The notes under the pieces: model-generated
What the model saw: only the letters and a program-made list of their open reading frames with translations
What the model was told of the DNA's origin: nothing
Database searches by the model: none
Shown: piece after piece, positions 51,896-61,524 of the stretch
How positions within the stretch are numbered: the stretch's first letter is position 1
How the letters are laid out: each line of letters starts with the position of its first letter
Translations under genes and position numbers: made by a program
Origin: a virus
Length of the DNA: 64,000 bases
Strand: one strand, 5' to 3'
Virus record (IMG/VR): IMGVR_UViG_3300029915_000005

Positions 51896-52327
51896 ATGAC
51901 GGATTTTGGCAATGTGTTGATTTCAGGGTTGGATTATGATGGGGGTATTGGTACTAATACCACCAAAGTATCTAATTTTATTTCTCATCCAGTAAAAGGT
52001 GCAGGGTTAGTTAATAGATCAAATGGGCAACACACAATTCAAATTATTGCATCTAATCTTACTGCAAATGTTGCAATTGAAGCAACATTAAATAAATATC
52101 CAAATATTGGTCCTTGGATTCCAGTAGAATTGGTTAGTGGGATGGATGGAAGTTCTGTAAGTAATTTAGTATTTGATTACACTCCATTAGTTCCAGGTAT
52201 TCAAGAATCTGGCAAGCCTGTAGTCACAAATAAGTTTTTTACAATTACTGGCCAATATGCGTGGTTAAGAGCTAATGTAAGCAATATGAGTCATGGAATT
52301 ATTCAAAGCATAAAACTTAGTTTTTAG
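51896..52327 (+). CDS. hypothetical beta-rich protein, possibly structural
   Basis: G.HTIQ, IEATL..P, F..TG.YAWLRA. Confidence 0.6.
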   Translation: MTDFGNVLISGLDYDGGIGTNTTKVSNFISHPVKGAGLVNRSNGQHTIQIIASNLTANVAIEATLNKYPNIGPWIPVELVSGMDGSSVSNLVFDYTPLVPGIQESGKPVVTNKFFTITGQYAWLRANVSNMSHGIIQSIKLSF

Positions 52328-52334
52328 TTATTTT

Positions 52335-52375
52335 ACAAAAGATAAGTTAAGAAAAATCTTGACTTATCTTTTTGT
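52335..52375 (+). terminator. intrinsic terminator
   Basis: AAAAGATAAGTTAAG...CTTGACTTATCTTTTT. Confidence 0.65.
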
Positions 52376-52393
52376 TTGTGTTTAAATAAATGT

Positions 52394-52690
52394 ATGAATG
52401 TTGATATCATACAAAAAATTTCTGAAGCAAAAAATAAATTTAGAATTTTGAAAGATTGGATTATTATTCCCAACGATGAAGGAATATATTCTGGGCAAAT
52501 TTGCATAAATGAAAAGAAAAGAGTGGCAGAATTATTTCTGTGGATTAAAGATGATAATCCACCAGATGATTTTTATATACATGAAATGCTTCATGTTGCT
52601 TTTAAAGCTTTAAAAGCATTACCTAGAAAAAACAAATATGATGCTGAAGAAGAGCTAGTGCAAGATATTTGTAAAATTATATTAACTTGA
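52394..52690 (+). CDS. small HExxH metallopeptidase-like protein
   Basis: IHEMLHV followed by EE; TAAATA-5 nt-ATG. Confidence 0.55.
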   Translation: MNVDIIQKISEAKNKFRILKDWIIIPNDEGIYSGQICINEKKRVAELFLWIKDDNPPDDFYIHEMLHVAFKALKALPRKNKYDAEEELVQDICKIILT

Positions 52691-52697
52691 GGAAATT

Positions 52698-53243
52698 ATG
52701 AATAAACAAGAAATTGAAGCATATAAAAATGTTAGAGAAATAGCTGTAAAATTAACCACAGGACAGTTAATTCCTAATAATTGGCGTAAAATTCTTACTT
52801 ATGCAGATGAAGTAATGAGTTGTGGAGAATTTACAACAAATGAAGATCATAAACATGTTTATCACTGTGATATAGATTCTCCAATATCAGGTATACCAGT
52901 TTGTAATTGTGGAGAAACATACAAATACTCAGTAAAAGATGAAATAGGATTGATGGAACAATCTTCAACAGAATCAGAATCATTTAATAAGCAATTATCA
53001 AGATTGCTGAATAAATTTAGTTTAGAAAATACCTCCAACACACCTGATTTTATGTTAGCTGAATATTTGATCGATTGCTTAGTAGCGTACAATAAAATAT
53101 CAGTTTGGAACTATAAATGGCATTCAGTTGATGGTGTTCCGAAGAATGAAAGAGATGAAGGGCCATGCTTAGATAGACCATATAGTTCTAAGACAAAATA
53201 TAAAGAAGCACAAGAAATTTGTGATTTCTTAGATAGAAAATAA
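52698..53243 (+). CDS. hypothetical protein
   Basis: SD GAGGA; LLN..SLEN.SNTPDF.LAEYL..CL. Confidence 0.7.
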   Translation: MNKQEIEAYKNVREIAVKLTTGQLIPNNWRKILTYADEVMSCGEFTTNEDHKHVYHCDIDSPISGIPVCNCGETYKYSVKDEIGLMEQSSTESESFNKQLSRLLNKFSLENTSNTPDFMLAEYLIDCLVAYNKISVWNYKWHSVDGVPKNERDEGPCLDRPYSSKTKYKEAQEICDFLDRK

Positions 53244-53707
53244 TGAAAATAATATTTTTAGATATTGATGGTGTTTTGGTTATAACATCTGATTTTAAAG
53301 ATCGTGTTGGCAAATCAATGGTTGCTGACGAAAATTGCATCAAACAATTAAATAAGATAACAGAAGAAACTAAAGCAAAAATAGTTATCACTAGCTCTTG
53401 GAAATATTGTGGTCAACAAGAACTTTCTCTAATAATGAAATATTGGGGAATAACAGGTAAAGTTATTGGTTTGGCACCAGAGTTAAGTTCACATTGGGAA
53501 GAAGGAAAAGAATTTCATGCTGTTGATCGTGGTTTGGAAGTTCAACAATTTTTAGATATTAAAAAAGATGTAAAATCTTTTGTCATTATTGATGATTTTG
53601 ATATAAATCATTTAAAGTGTCATTTGATTAAAACAGAATTTAAAACAGGGCTAACAAAAGAATTGGCGAAAAAAGCAATTGAAATGTTGAAAGGAAACGA
53701 TGAATAA
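53243..53707 (+). CDS. HAD-family phosphatase (RNA-repair Swiss-Army-knife type)
   Basis: IFLDIDGVL, VITSSW, RG.EV, FVIIDD, GLT. Confidence 0.8.
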   Translation: MKIIFLDIDGVLVITSDFKDRVGKSMVADENCIKQLNKITEETKAKIVITSSWKYCGQQELSLIMKYWGITGKVIGLAPELSSHWEEGKEFHAVDRGLEVQQFLDIKKDVKSFVIIDDFDINHLKCHLIKTEFKTGLTKELAKKAIEMLKGNDE

Positions 53708-54080
53708 AGCAAGCGAGATATTTTGGGATGCTTTTGTAGATGGTGGCAGTATCGCCACTGAATGTTCTTGTGGGAGAACTCATTTTTCTTATTCAGAAGA
53801 TAATGATTGGGAAGAAAATGAATTGGAAGAACTTCTGGAAAAGCAGAAAGAATATCCAGATAAATATATTGGAACAGAAGATGATTGTGTGGCAGTCGCC
53901 ATGATTCAAGGAAATCCAGTTTGTTACAATTGCCCTTGTAATATCGCTGCAAAATATGAAAATTTTATTCTCCAACACGAAACAGAAATAATCAAATACT
54001 TTAAAATTAAAGCCTCTAAAGAATGGGCTAAAGCAACAAAATCTCAATCAGAATTGCAAAGTTTAGAATTGTTTAAGTAA
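53700..54080 (+). CDS. hypothetical Cys-containing protein
   Basis: 126-aa ORF; ECSCGRTHF, CxxCxC. Confidence 0.65.
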   Translation: MNKASEIFWDAFVDGGSIATECSCGRTHFSYSEDNDWEENELEELLEKQKEYPDKYIGTEDDCVAVAMIQGNPVCYNCPCNIAAKYENFILQHETEIIKYFKIKASKEWAKATKSQSELQSLELFK

Positions 54081-54083
54081 ATT

Positions 54084-54995
54084 ATGAAAGAAAATAATAC
54101 AAATCAATTTTATGTTTATCAATATATTAGAAAGAATGATTCTAAAAATGGATTAGCTGGAACTCCTTATTATATTGGTAAAGGAAAAAATAATAGAGCA
54201 TATCAAAGAGTGCATGGTAATAATGTTTCAGTTCCAACAGAACTATTCAGAATTCAAATAATTTCAGAAAATTTAACTGAAGAAGCAGCTTTTCAATTAG
54301 AAATTGAATTAATTAAAAAATATGGCAGGATAGATAAAAGAAATGGTTGTTTACAAAATAGAACATCTGGAGGAATGGGGTTTAAAGGAAAAATAAATTC
54401 ACCAAAATGTAGAAAGTTAATTTCAGAAAACAATTTAGGAACAATTGTAATAAGTAATGAAAAAACGAAAATATGCAAACGAATTAAACCAGAAAATTTA
54501 AAAATATATATGCAAAGAGGATTTAAACTTGGATATTTGAAAGAAAGTTCAGAAATTCGATCTAAAGCGTTAAAAGGAAAAAATATATGGACATCAAAAC
54601 AACTTTGGATTACTAATGGCTATATTGAAAAATTAATTAAATCAGAAAATAAAGAAGAATTTTTAAATAATAATTTTAAGTTGGGTAGATTGAAAAATTC
54701 AGAAGAAACTATTATTAAAAAATCAAATAATCAGAAAAATAAACGATGGGTTAGAAACGATAAAGAAGAAAAATTGGTTAATTTGGTTGAATATGAAACA
54801 TATTTATTGAATGGTTATATTAAAGGAAGATTTGCAATGAGAGAAGATACAAAGAAAAAGAAATCAATTATTACGCATACCAAACGATGGGTTAATGATG
54901 AAATTACAAATTTTTATATTAATGAATCATTAGTACCAGAATTCATTAATAAAGGATATAAATTAGGAATGATACATAAGGATAAAAATAAATGA
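54084..54995 (+). CDS. GIY-YIG homing endonuclease with WITNG-type repeats
   Basis: FYVYQY...PYYIGKG...RA, E..LI..YGR.D, N.T.GG. Confidence 0.82.
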   Translation: MKENNTNQFYVYQYIRKNDSKNGLAGTPYYIGKGKNNRAYQRVHGNNVSVPTELFRIQIISENLTEEAAFQLEIELIKKYGRIDKRNGCLQNRTSGGMGFKGKINSPKCRKLISENNLGTIVISNEKTKICKRIKPENLKIYMQRGFKLGYLKESSEIRSKALKGKNIWTSKQLWITNGYIEKLIKSENKEEFLNNNFKLGRLKNSEETIIKKSNNQKNKRWVRNDKEEKLVNLVEYETYLLNGYIKGRFAMREDTKKKKSIITHTKRWVNDEITNFYINESLVPEFINKGYKLGMIHKDKNK

Positions 54996-55879
54996 ATATA
55001 ACTCAAGAACAAATAGAGTTCTTACGCAAAGAACACATTCAATTTGCTATTCCATGTTTTGCGGGACTTGTTCATGAAGTAGTAATGACAAGTTTGATTA
55101 AGTTTGTAATTTATGCTCAAAGAATTGGTTTGCCGTTTAGTATTGACACAATGACAAACGAATCATTAATTACACGAGCTAGAAATCATTTGGTTGCAAA
55201 ATTTTTGGAAAATTCCGCAGCAACGAGGCTCATGTTTATTGACAGCGATATTGGGTTTGAACCAGAACATATTTTTAAATTAATATTACATGATAAAGAT
55301 TTAGTTGGAGGACTTTACCCAAAGAAAACTCTCCCCCCAGATTTTGTAGTTAACTGTAATCCAGAATGTGTGGATGAAAATGGACAAATAAAAGTGGCTG
55401 ATGGTATGATACCAGTTAGTAGATTAGGAACAGGATTCATGTTAATTAAACGAGAAGTTTTTAATAAGATGATGGTTGCATATCCACAAACAAAATTTAC
55501 CAACAATATTGGTCTTGATCCAAAGTATAACAAATATTGTTATGCTCTGTTTGATTGTGCTATTAGCCCTGATACTATGGAATATCTATCAGAGGATTGG
55601 CTTTTTTCGGCTAGGTATAGAGCAATTGGTGGTGAAATTTTTGCTGATCCAACAATTAGATTAAATCACTGTGGAACATTTACATTTCCTGGTGATCCAA
55701 CTGCTCTTTATAATTCAATGGGACTTTCAATAGAAACAAATCCACAGTTAAACCCAAAAATAGCAGTTAGGCCTGACGAAACAAAACACAAAGATTCTAT
55801 GTTAGCCATTAAACCAAATATGGAAGCATTAACTGAATATGAGGCTAAAAAGAAAGAAATTAATATTGAAATTAAATAA
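54992..55879 (+). CDS. GT-A glycosyltransferase
   Basis: NESLITRARN, MFIDSD, YPKK, GTGFMLIKR, LSEDW.F, H.G. Confidence 0.8.
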   Translation: MNITQEQIEFLRKEHIQFAIPCFAGLVHEVVMTSLIKFVIYAQRIGLPFSIDTMTNESLITRARNHLVAKFLENSAATRLMFIDSDIGFEPEHIFKLILHDKDLVGGLYPKKTLPPDFVVNCNPECVDENGQIKVADGMIPVSRLGTGFMLIKREVFNKMMVAYPQTKFTNNIGLDPKYNKYCYALFDCAISPDTMEYLSEDWLFSARYRAIGGEIFADPTIRLNHCGTFTFPGDPTALYNSMGLSIETNPQLNPKIAVRPDETKHKDSMLAIKPNMEALTEYEAKKKEINIEIK

Positions 55880-55902
55880 TTGTATTATGAGATACATAAC
55901 TT

Positions 55903-56118
55903 ATGAATATTTGCGCTGTCAGTAATAAAATTCCATTTACTTATCTTGTAACTCAAAAATCAACAGGAAAAAGATATTATGAATCAAAATATGGAAAAAA
56001 TTGTCATCCATCTGATATTGGAACAAAATATTTTACTTCGAGTAAAGAAATTAAAAAATTTAATATTTCTCCCAAAACTGTTAGAAATATAGTTAAAATA
56101 AAAACTTGGAAATATTGA
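55903..56118 (+). pseudogene. truncated GIY-YIG paralogue of 2903..3991
   Basis: PFTY....K.TGKRYY...NCHPSD...YFTSS then an abrupt HTH-like tail. Confidence 0.6.
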
Positions 56119-56129
56119 TAAATATCAAT

Positions 56130-56654
56130 ATGAGACTATATGAAATTAAAGAAGATCAAAAAATATACATTGATTTGGATGGAGTGCTTGTAGATTGTGT
56201 AAAAGCTGCCTCTGATTTCAATAATATTGATGTTCAAGATTTTATAGATTCTGGATATCATAATAAGTATTGGAAAAATTTTGTGGATCATGCAGATATT
56301 AAAAAAGAATTTACTAATATGGCTTGGGAAAGCAATGGTAAAAAAATATATCATTGGTTTACTCAGAGAGACATTCCAGTTACCATCTTAACTAGACCAG
56401 TTGGAGAACCACATACTAATGATTGTATTGCAGGTAAAAAATTATGGTTGAAAAAACATAATTTGGATATTCCTGTTATTTTTGAGAGAGATAAAGAAAA
56501 ATATGCTGGTGATGGTAATATTCTTATAGATGATGATAGTAGAAATATTGATGCGTGGAATAAAGCTGGTGGGGTGGGAATTCTCTATAAAAATGACAAA
56601 TATGAAGATGTAATTAAGAAATTGAATAAATTATTACAAAGCCACCCAATTTGA
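56130..56654 (+). CDS. 5'(3')-deoxyribonucleotidase-like HAD enzyme, tagged N-terminus
   Basis: MRLYEIKE; IDLDGVLVD, K..WL, K.KYA, LIDD...NI..W...GG.GI. Confidence 0.8.
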   Translation: MRLYEIKEDQKIYIDLDGVLVDCVKAASDFNNIDVQDFIDSGYHNKYWKNFVDHADIKKEFTNMAWESNGKKIYHWFTQRDIPVTILTRPVGEPHTNDCIAGKKLWLKKHNLDIPVIFERDKEKYAGDGNILIDDDSRNIDAWNKAGGVGILYKNDKYEDVIKKLNKLLQSHPI

Positions 56655-56691
56655 GTGGTTTTTCTTTTTGAATTAAATTATAAATATAAGT

Positions 56692-57210
56692 ATGAAGATT
56701 AATGAAGTCATTATCGATAATGAAAATGGATTAGGAGGAGTTTCATATAATCAAGAAATTGATTATCTTGGTCTTAGAGTGCTAATGTATCCATCCACAT
56801 TTTTAAGCCTAGCATATTATAGAAGTCGAAACGATTTAGGAAATGTTGACTATATAAAAAATTATATTAAAAATGGTGGGACTATTGGCGCTCCATTCCT
56901 TCAAATAAGTATTCCTAATAGATGGGAGAATGATGATTATTCTATTCCATCCATAGTTATTGGTCATGAAGGAAGAAATAGAATGATGGCACTCGATGAA
57001 CTTCAAGATGAAGGATTAGAACCTGATGTGCCAGTTGAAACTCATTTATTGTTTTATAAATATAGAGCCAGGCATTTAAAACCAGAATGGATAATACAAT
57101 TAAATAAACAACTTTATAATCAAAATACAGAATATGAATATCATTCTGGAGAAGTGGCTTATACAGATAGCCCTATAACCAAAGGGCCATTGTTTAAGGT
57201 TGTAAATTAG
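56692..57210 (+). CDS. ParB/Srx-like protein, tagged N-terminus
   Basis: MKINEV; I.APFL, GHEGRNRM.AL, VPV. Confidence 0.55.
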   Translation: MKINEVIIDNENGLGGVSYNQEIDYLGLRVLMYPSTFLSLAYYRSRNDLGNVDYIKNYIKNGGTIGAPFLQISIPNRWENDDYSIPSIVIGHEGRNRMMALDELQDEGLEPDVPVETHLLFYKYRARHLKPEWIIQLNKQLYNQNTEYEYHSGEVAYTDSPITKGPLFKVVN

Positions 57211-58100
57211 ATATAAAAGATTTTACTAAATTATCAATATTTTCTTTATTCCAATATGGAATTATTAATAATGGAATATTATTAATATTACAATAATTAT
57301 ATTTTATATAATCATTTTTCTTAGTAGATTCAAAATATTTTTGAAAAATAGGTTCATAATGTTGTTTTCCTTGGTATTCAATTAATCCTATAATTTTATT
57401 ATTTTTAATAATCCCTATATCAAAAGGTAATGGATATTTATTTTTGCATAATGTAATTCTTATTTGTTCATCAAATTCTATTGGTAATGATTCCAACGTT
57501 TTTATAATTTTTAATTCTCCAGAACTTCTTTTACATTTTGGACATTTTCTTCCCATTAAGTGTTTATTTGGGCTTTGCCAAAAAGAGCCATGCTTCTTAC
57601 ATATTATTTCAACTTTTTGGCGTGAAGTTAAATAATTTACATTATCATAAATAAATTCATTTTTGTGTATGATAATAGCTTTTGTTATAAATTCTTTTGT
57701 ATTGCTTGTTTTTGTTTTAGAAATACTGTTAAATCCACATTGTGGACAACCAATTTTTTGTAAATGCACGCCGGGGGCTTGTTTAAAAATTCCATGTTCC
57801 TTACATTTTATATCCATTTTCTTTTTGGCGTTGTAATAAGTTTTAGAAATATAAGAATATTTAAAATTATGAATAATATTTGCAGAGTTAACAAATTCTG
57901 TAAATGTTCTATTAAATCCACAGCATTTTGGGCAACCATTTCCTGATAAATGTGCATGAGAAGATTGCAAAAATTCTCCATGAATTGGGCAAATAATTAT
58001 TAATTTGTTTTTTGCATTAATGTATATAGATTTACTATAATTATATTTAAAATTATGAATTTGATTTTGATATAAAATATGCAGTAGTATAAATAGTCAT
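57194..58100 (-). pseudogene. DUF723-repeat/PD-(D/E)xK endonuclease, frameshifted near codon 14
   Basis: ATG 58100 gives MTIYTTAYFISKSNS*; shifted frame resumes IHNFKYNYSKSIY... into ORF 57194..57970. Confidence 0.72.
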
Positions 58101-58172
58101 AGCTGAATGACCTCCAGTGGTCTTTAGAGCGAGTAGATGTCGAAATCATCGTGACTCGCATTTGTATTTATA
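58101..58172 (-). promoter_or_regulatory. late promoter plus conserved structured 5' leader, copy 3
   Basis: TATAAATA caaat GCGAGT cac GATG atttcga CATC t ACTCGC tctaa aGACC actgga GGTC attcagct ATG. Confidence 0.8.
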
Positions 58173-58193
58173 TGAAAAAGAATAAATATAAGT

Positions 58194-61100
58194 ATGAGAT
58201 TACAAAATTTGTTTGAAGAAAAAATAAAACAAACAACTGCAACAATTTTTAGCGGTGGGTTTCACCCATTCCTTCCACAACATTTATATTGCTGGGAATA
58301 TTTGATTTCAAAATTTCCAAATGCACATCATTATATAGCTTCCACTAATAATATAAGTGAGCGACCATTTTCATTTAAGCAAAAACAATTTTTAGCAGTG
58401 CAAGCTGGCATACCTAAAAATGGATTTGTACAAGTAACAAGTCCTTATAAAGCATTGGAGATAACTAGTAAATATGATTCAAACAATACTATTGTTATAT
58501 TTGGTTTAAGTGAAAAAGATGCAGAAAGACTCGGACCAACGATAAAGAAAGATGGGACCCTGTCATTTTTACTACCATATCCTGGGCCTTCTACTCCACT
58601 AGAAACTTTGAATAAACATGCATATTATGTAATTATTCCTGTCCATAAGTATAGAGTTTTGGGACAAGAGATAACCTCTGCTTCTCAAATAAGAAAGATG
58701 TATACTTCTTCTAATGAAAGCGATAGATATACTATTATTCGAGAATTATATCCAAATTCTATGAAAGTTGGAGAGATTAAAAAAATATTTGATCAAGTTT
58801 TGCTTGCTCCAATAAATGAAGATATATATGACGTGATTTATAGACCAAAAAACGTTTATAATATAGAAGCGAATGAATATCCAGAATTTATGTTAGATGG
58901 GGATGTTCAACGTATGATATATGATTTGCACCAACAGGAAGAGATTGATGCTGGCTCTGATATTTGGGATAGAATGGATAGTGTCTGGTATAAGTTACAA
59001 AATGTTTCTATAAAAAAATTAGATAACATAAATGATTTAGATGAAGATGATGACCAATATTCTGATGAAATAACTCCTTTTCCTCCAATAGTATTAACAA
59101 AAAGAGGGGAAATATTAGATGGATTTCATAGGACTATTTCTGCTAAAATTCGTGGTGATAAAACAATTAGAGCATATGTTCCTTGCAAAAAACCAATTAA
59201 TGAATCTAAAGCTGGATTAGAATATAAATTAAAACTTGGAAACAAAAAATCTGTAATAGATTCAAGTGGCTGGCTATTTCCAGATAAAACTTTTGTTCCA
59301 CTTGTTCCAGGAACAACTCACGAAACAATGGCTACAAGATTGGGATATAATGGTTATGAAGGAATATATAAAATTGGATGTGTAAGAGTTTCCCGTCCAA
59401 TTTATGCTCCGGGTAAAATTTATATAGAAACAATACAAAAATTGAGTGATAGTACTTATAAGCTAATTATGAATATTATTCATAGAATAAAAGTGGATGT
59501 TAAAATAGATGTTACTGTTGGATCAGGTAATGGATATTTTCAACATTATAAATGGGATTTCAAAGATAGACAATTGCATAAAACAAATTTTTATGAGTCA
59601 GTTATAAATGAAGAACCTGATTTTAATTATACAAAATTTAATAATAGAGATGAAGAGCTTTCAAGATTAAAATTTGATTATTCAGTAATACCCAGTAATA
59701 ATGACGGAATTGGTGGATTTTGGATAATTGTAAATAACTCCTCTGGTGTTAGTGTGGCAGATATTGATTTGGTGGAAGTTAATTCAAAAACATTAGTAAT
59801 TTCTTTTATTAGAATTAATTTAAAATGGAAAGGTACTGGACTTGGGCAAATTCTGTATGACAAAGCGATTAAAAAAGCCAAACAATTAGGATATAAATAT
59901 TTTCGATCAGATACTGATAGATCAGCGGCTGCTGAAAAAGCGTGGAAAAGATTGGCAGCAAGATATACAGTTAAGTACAAAGAAGGCAAAGAATTTAATA
60001 AAGGGTATTATGAAATTGATCTAAGTAAAGTTCAATTAAAAGAATCATTTGATTATTCCTATAGAGCTAAATTATTTCAACTTAGACCACAAATGATTAA
60101 AGCTGCACAAAAAATATATGATAAATGGGAAGGAGGAGAAGTTGGTTTGTGTGATAGTATTGCAGAGTCAATTTCTGATTGTGTATTAAAAAATATAAAG
60201 AATATTGATTCATACGTGGTTGGCCATAAAAATCCAAAATTGCATGAACTTCATTTTTGGGTAAGAGTAGATTTTAATAATGGAGAAAAATATTATGATA
60301 TTGACTTACCATTTGGAAAATATGAAAGATATGATAATAAAAAACATTATTTTGTAAAAATACCAAATGTAAAATTTCAATTAAATGATTTATTAATATA
60401 TCAATCATCTTTAAATTATAATAAAGCTCCTTGGGAAATAAGAAATAGTTATACTCCACATAAATCAGATAGTTATTTTATCAGCGAATCTATTGCACAA
60501 GAAGTTATAAAAGTTGGTAAAAGCAATGATGAAATTATAAAATTAATCAAAGAAGCTACAAAATATAAATTATATGTTCCTACATTTACAGCGCAAAAAG
60601 AATTTGGTTGGATATTACAAACAGGAAATAAAGGTAAAATAAGTAAAATGGCTATGATGTATGTTAACAACATGCCTGTCGCTTGGATCATTTATTGGAA
60701 ACATGGAAGTTTTATGTCTGACTCTAATCCAAGAACAGAAAATGACAAATATTGGAGATTTACTAAAAAAGAATTTAGAAATATAGGTTATTATCATAAA
60801 TTAAAAAAAGCTTTATGGAATATAATTAATGAGGCACCAGATTTTGGCTACAAAAGTTTTAATGATAGAGATGAAGATATAAGCAAATTAAAGTGGGAAA
60901 TTGATAAAAGACCATTTAAAGATTGGAATAGTGATGAGGAACACCTAGGAATAATAATTAGGGCAAGAAATCCAGAAACTAATGAAGTAGAAGGTTTTAT
61001 AACTTCTAATGAGATAACCAAGAAAACATTAAAAATTTCAAGAAGTCAATTAACATCTAATCATAATTGGCAATCGACTGGTCTTGGACAAATGTTATAT

Positions 61101-61211
61101 GATAAACTTATTAACGTTGCAAAAGAATTAGGTTTTGATTATGTAGACAGTGATTATATTTTATCTGTGGATGCTAGAAAAGCTCTGAAAGATATCCAGT
61201 GCAAAAATTAA
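58194..61211 (+). CDS. multi-enzyme polyprotein: HIGH-type nucleotidyltransferase, ParB/Srx, unknown, GNAT, Cys-His-Asp papain/transglutaminase-like, GNAT-like, GNAT
   Basis: GGFHPF..QH/SASQIR; PPIVL...LDGFHR; WKGTGLGQILY; GLCD/HFWV/YDID; EFRNIGY; WQSTGLGQMLY. Confidence 0.7.
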   Translation: MRLQNLFEEKIKQTTATIFSGGFHPFLPQHLYCWEYLISKFPNAHHYIASTNNISERPFSFKQKQFLAVQAGIPKNGFVQVTSPYKALEITSKYDSNNTIVIFGLSEKDAERLGPTIKKDGTLSFLLPYPGPSTPLETLNKHAYYVIIPVHKYRVLGQEITSASQIRKMYTSSNESDRYTIIRELYPNSMKVGEIKKIFDQVLLAPINEDIYDVIYRPKNVYNIEANEYPEFMLDGDVQRMIYDLHQQEEIDAGSDIWDRMDSVWYKLQNVSIKKLDNINDLDEDDDQYSDEITPFPPIVLTKRGEILDGFHRTISAKIRGDKTIRAYVPCKKPINESKAGLEYKLKLGNKKSVIDSSGWLFPDKTFVPLVPGTTHETMATRLGYNGYEGIYKIGCVRVSRPIYAPGKIYIETIQKLSDSTYKLIMNIIHRIKVDVKIDVTVGSGNGYFQHYKWDFKDRQLHKTNFYESVINEEPDFNYTKFNNRDEELSRLKFDYSVIPSNNDGIGGFWIIVNNSSGVSVADIDLVEVNSKTLVISFIRINLKWKGTGLGQILYDKAIKKAKQLGYKYFRSDTDRSAAAEKAWKRLAARYTVKYKEGKEFNKGYYEIDLSKVQLKESFDYSYRAKLFQLRPQMIKAAQKIYDKWEGGEVGLCDSIAESISDCVLKNIKNIDSYVVGHKNPKLHELHFWVRVDFNNGEKYYDIDLPFGKYERYDNKKHYFVKIPNVKFQLNDLLIYQSSLNYNKAPWEIRNSYTPHKSDSYFISESIAQEVIKVGKSNDEIIKLIKEATKYKLYVPTFTAQKEFGWILQTGNKGKISKMAMMYVNNMPVAWIIYWKHGSFMSDSNPRTENDKYWRFTKKEFRNIGYYHKLKKALWNIINEAPDFGYKSFNDRDEDISKLKWEIDKRPFKDWNSDEEHLGIIIRARNPETNEVEGFITSNEITKKTLKISRSQLTSNHNWQSTGLGQMLYDKLINVAKELGFDYVDSDYILSVDARKALKDIQCKN

Positions 61212-61254
61212 AGCATGATGGAGAAAATTATTTAAGTATTGAATTGAGTAAAAT

Positions 61255-61524
61255 ATGAGAATAAGCGAAGTTAACAATTCGACGTTAGATATAACTAAAT
61301 TGAAGTGGAAAGGAGAACTTCAAAAGAAATCGTATCAATTGAGAGTTAGCGGAGAAGGATATGGCGAAGTTGGTATGTTTTTAACAACCAATAATAAAAA
61401 TGATTGGAAAATTTTTTATGTATTTGTAGATAATGATTGGAAGAATACAAATTTGAAACATATGATGTATGTAAAAATGAAAGAAATTGCTAAAAAATAC
61501 GGAGCAAAATTACATGCTGCTTAA
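61255..61524 (+). CDS. short degenerate GNAT-like protein, tagged N-terminus
   Basis: MRISEV; DITKLKW shared with polyprotein GNAT; VFVD.DWKNTNL..MMY. Confidence 0.5.
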   Translation: MRISEVNNSTLDITKLKWKGELQKKSYQLRVSGEGYGEVGMFLTTNNKNDWKIFYVFVDNDWKNTNLKHMMYVKMKEIAKKYGAKLHAA

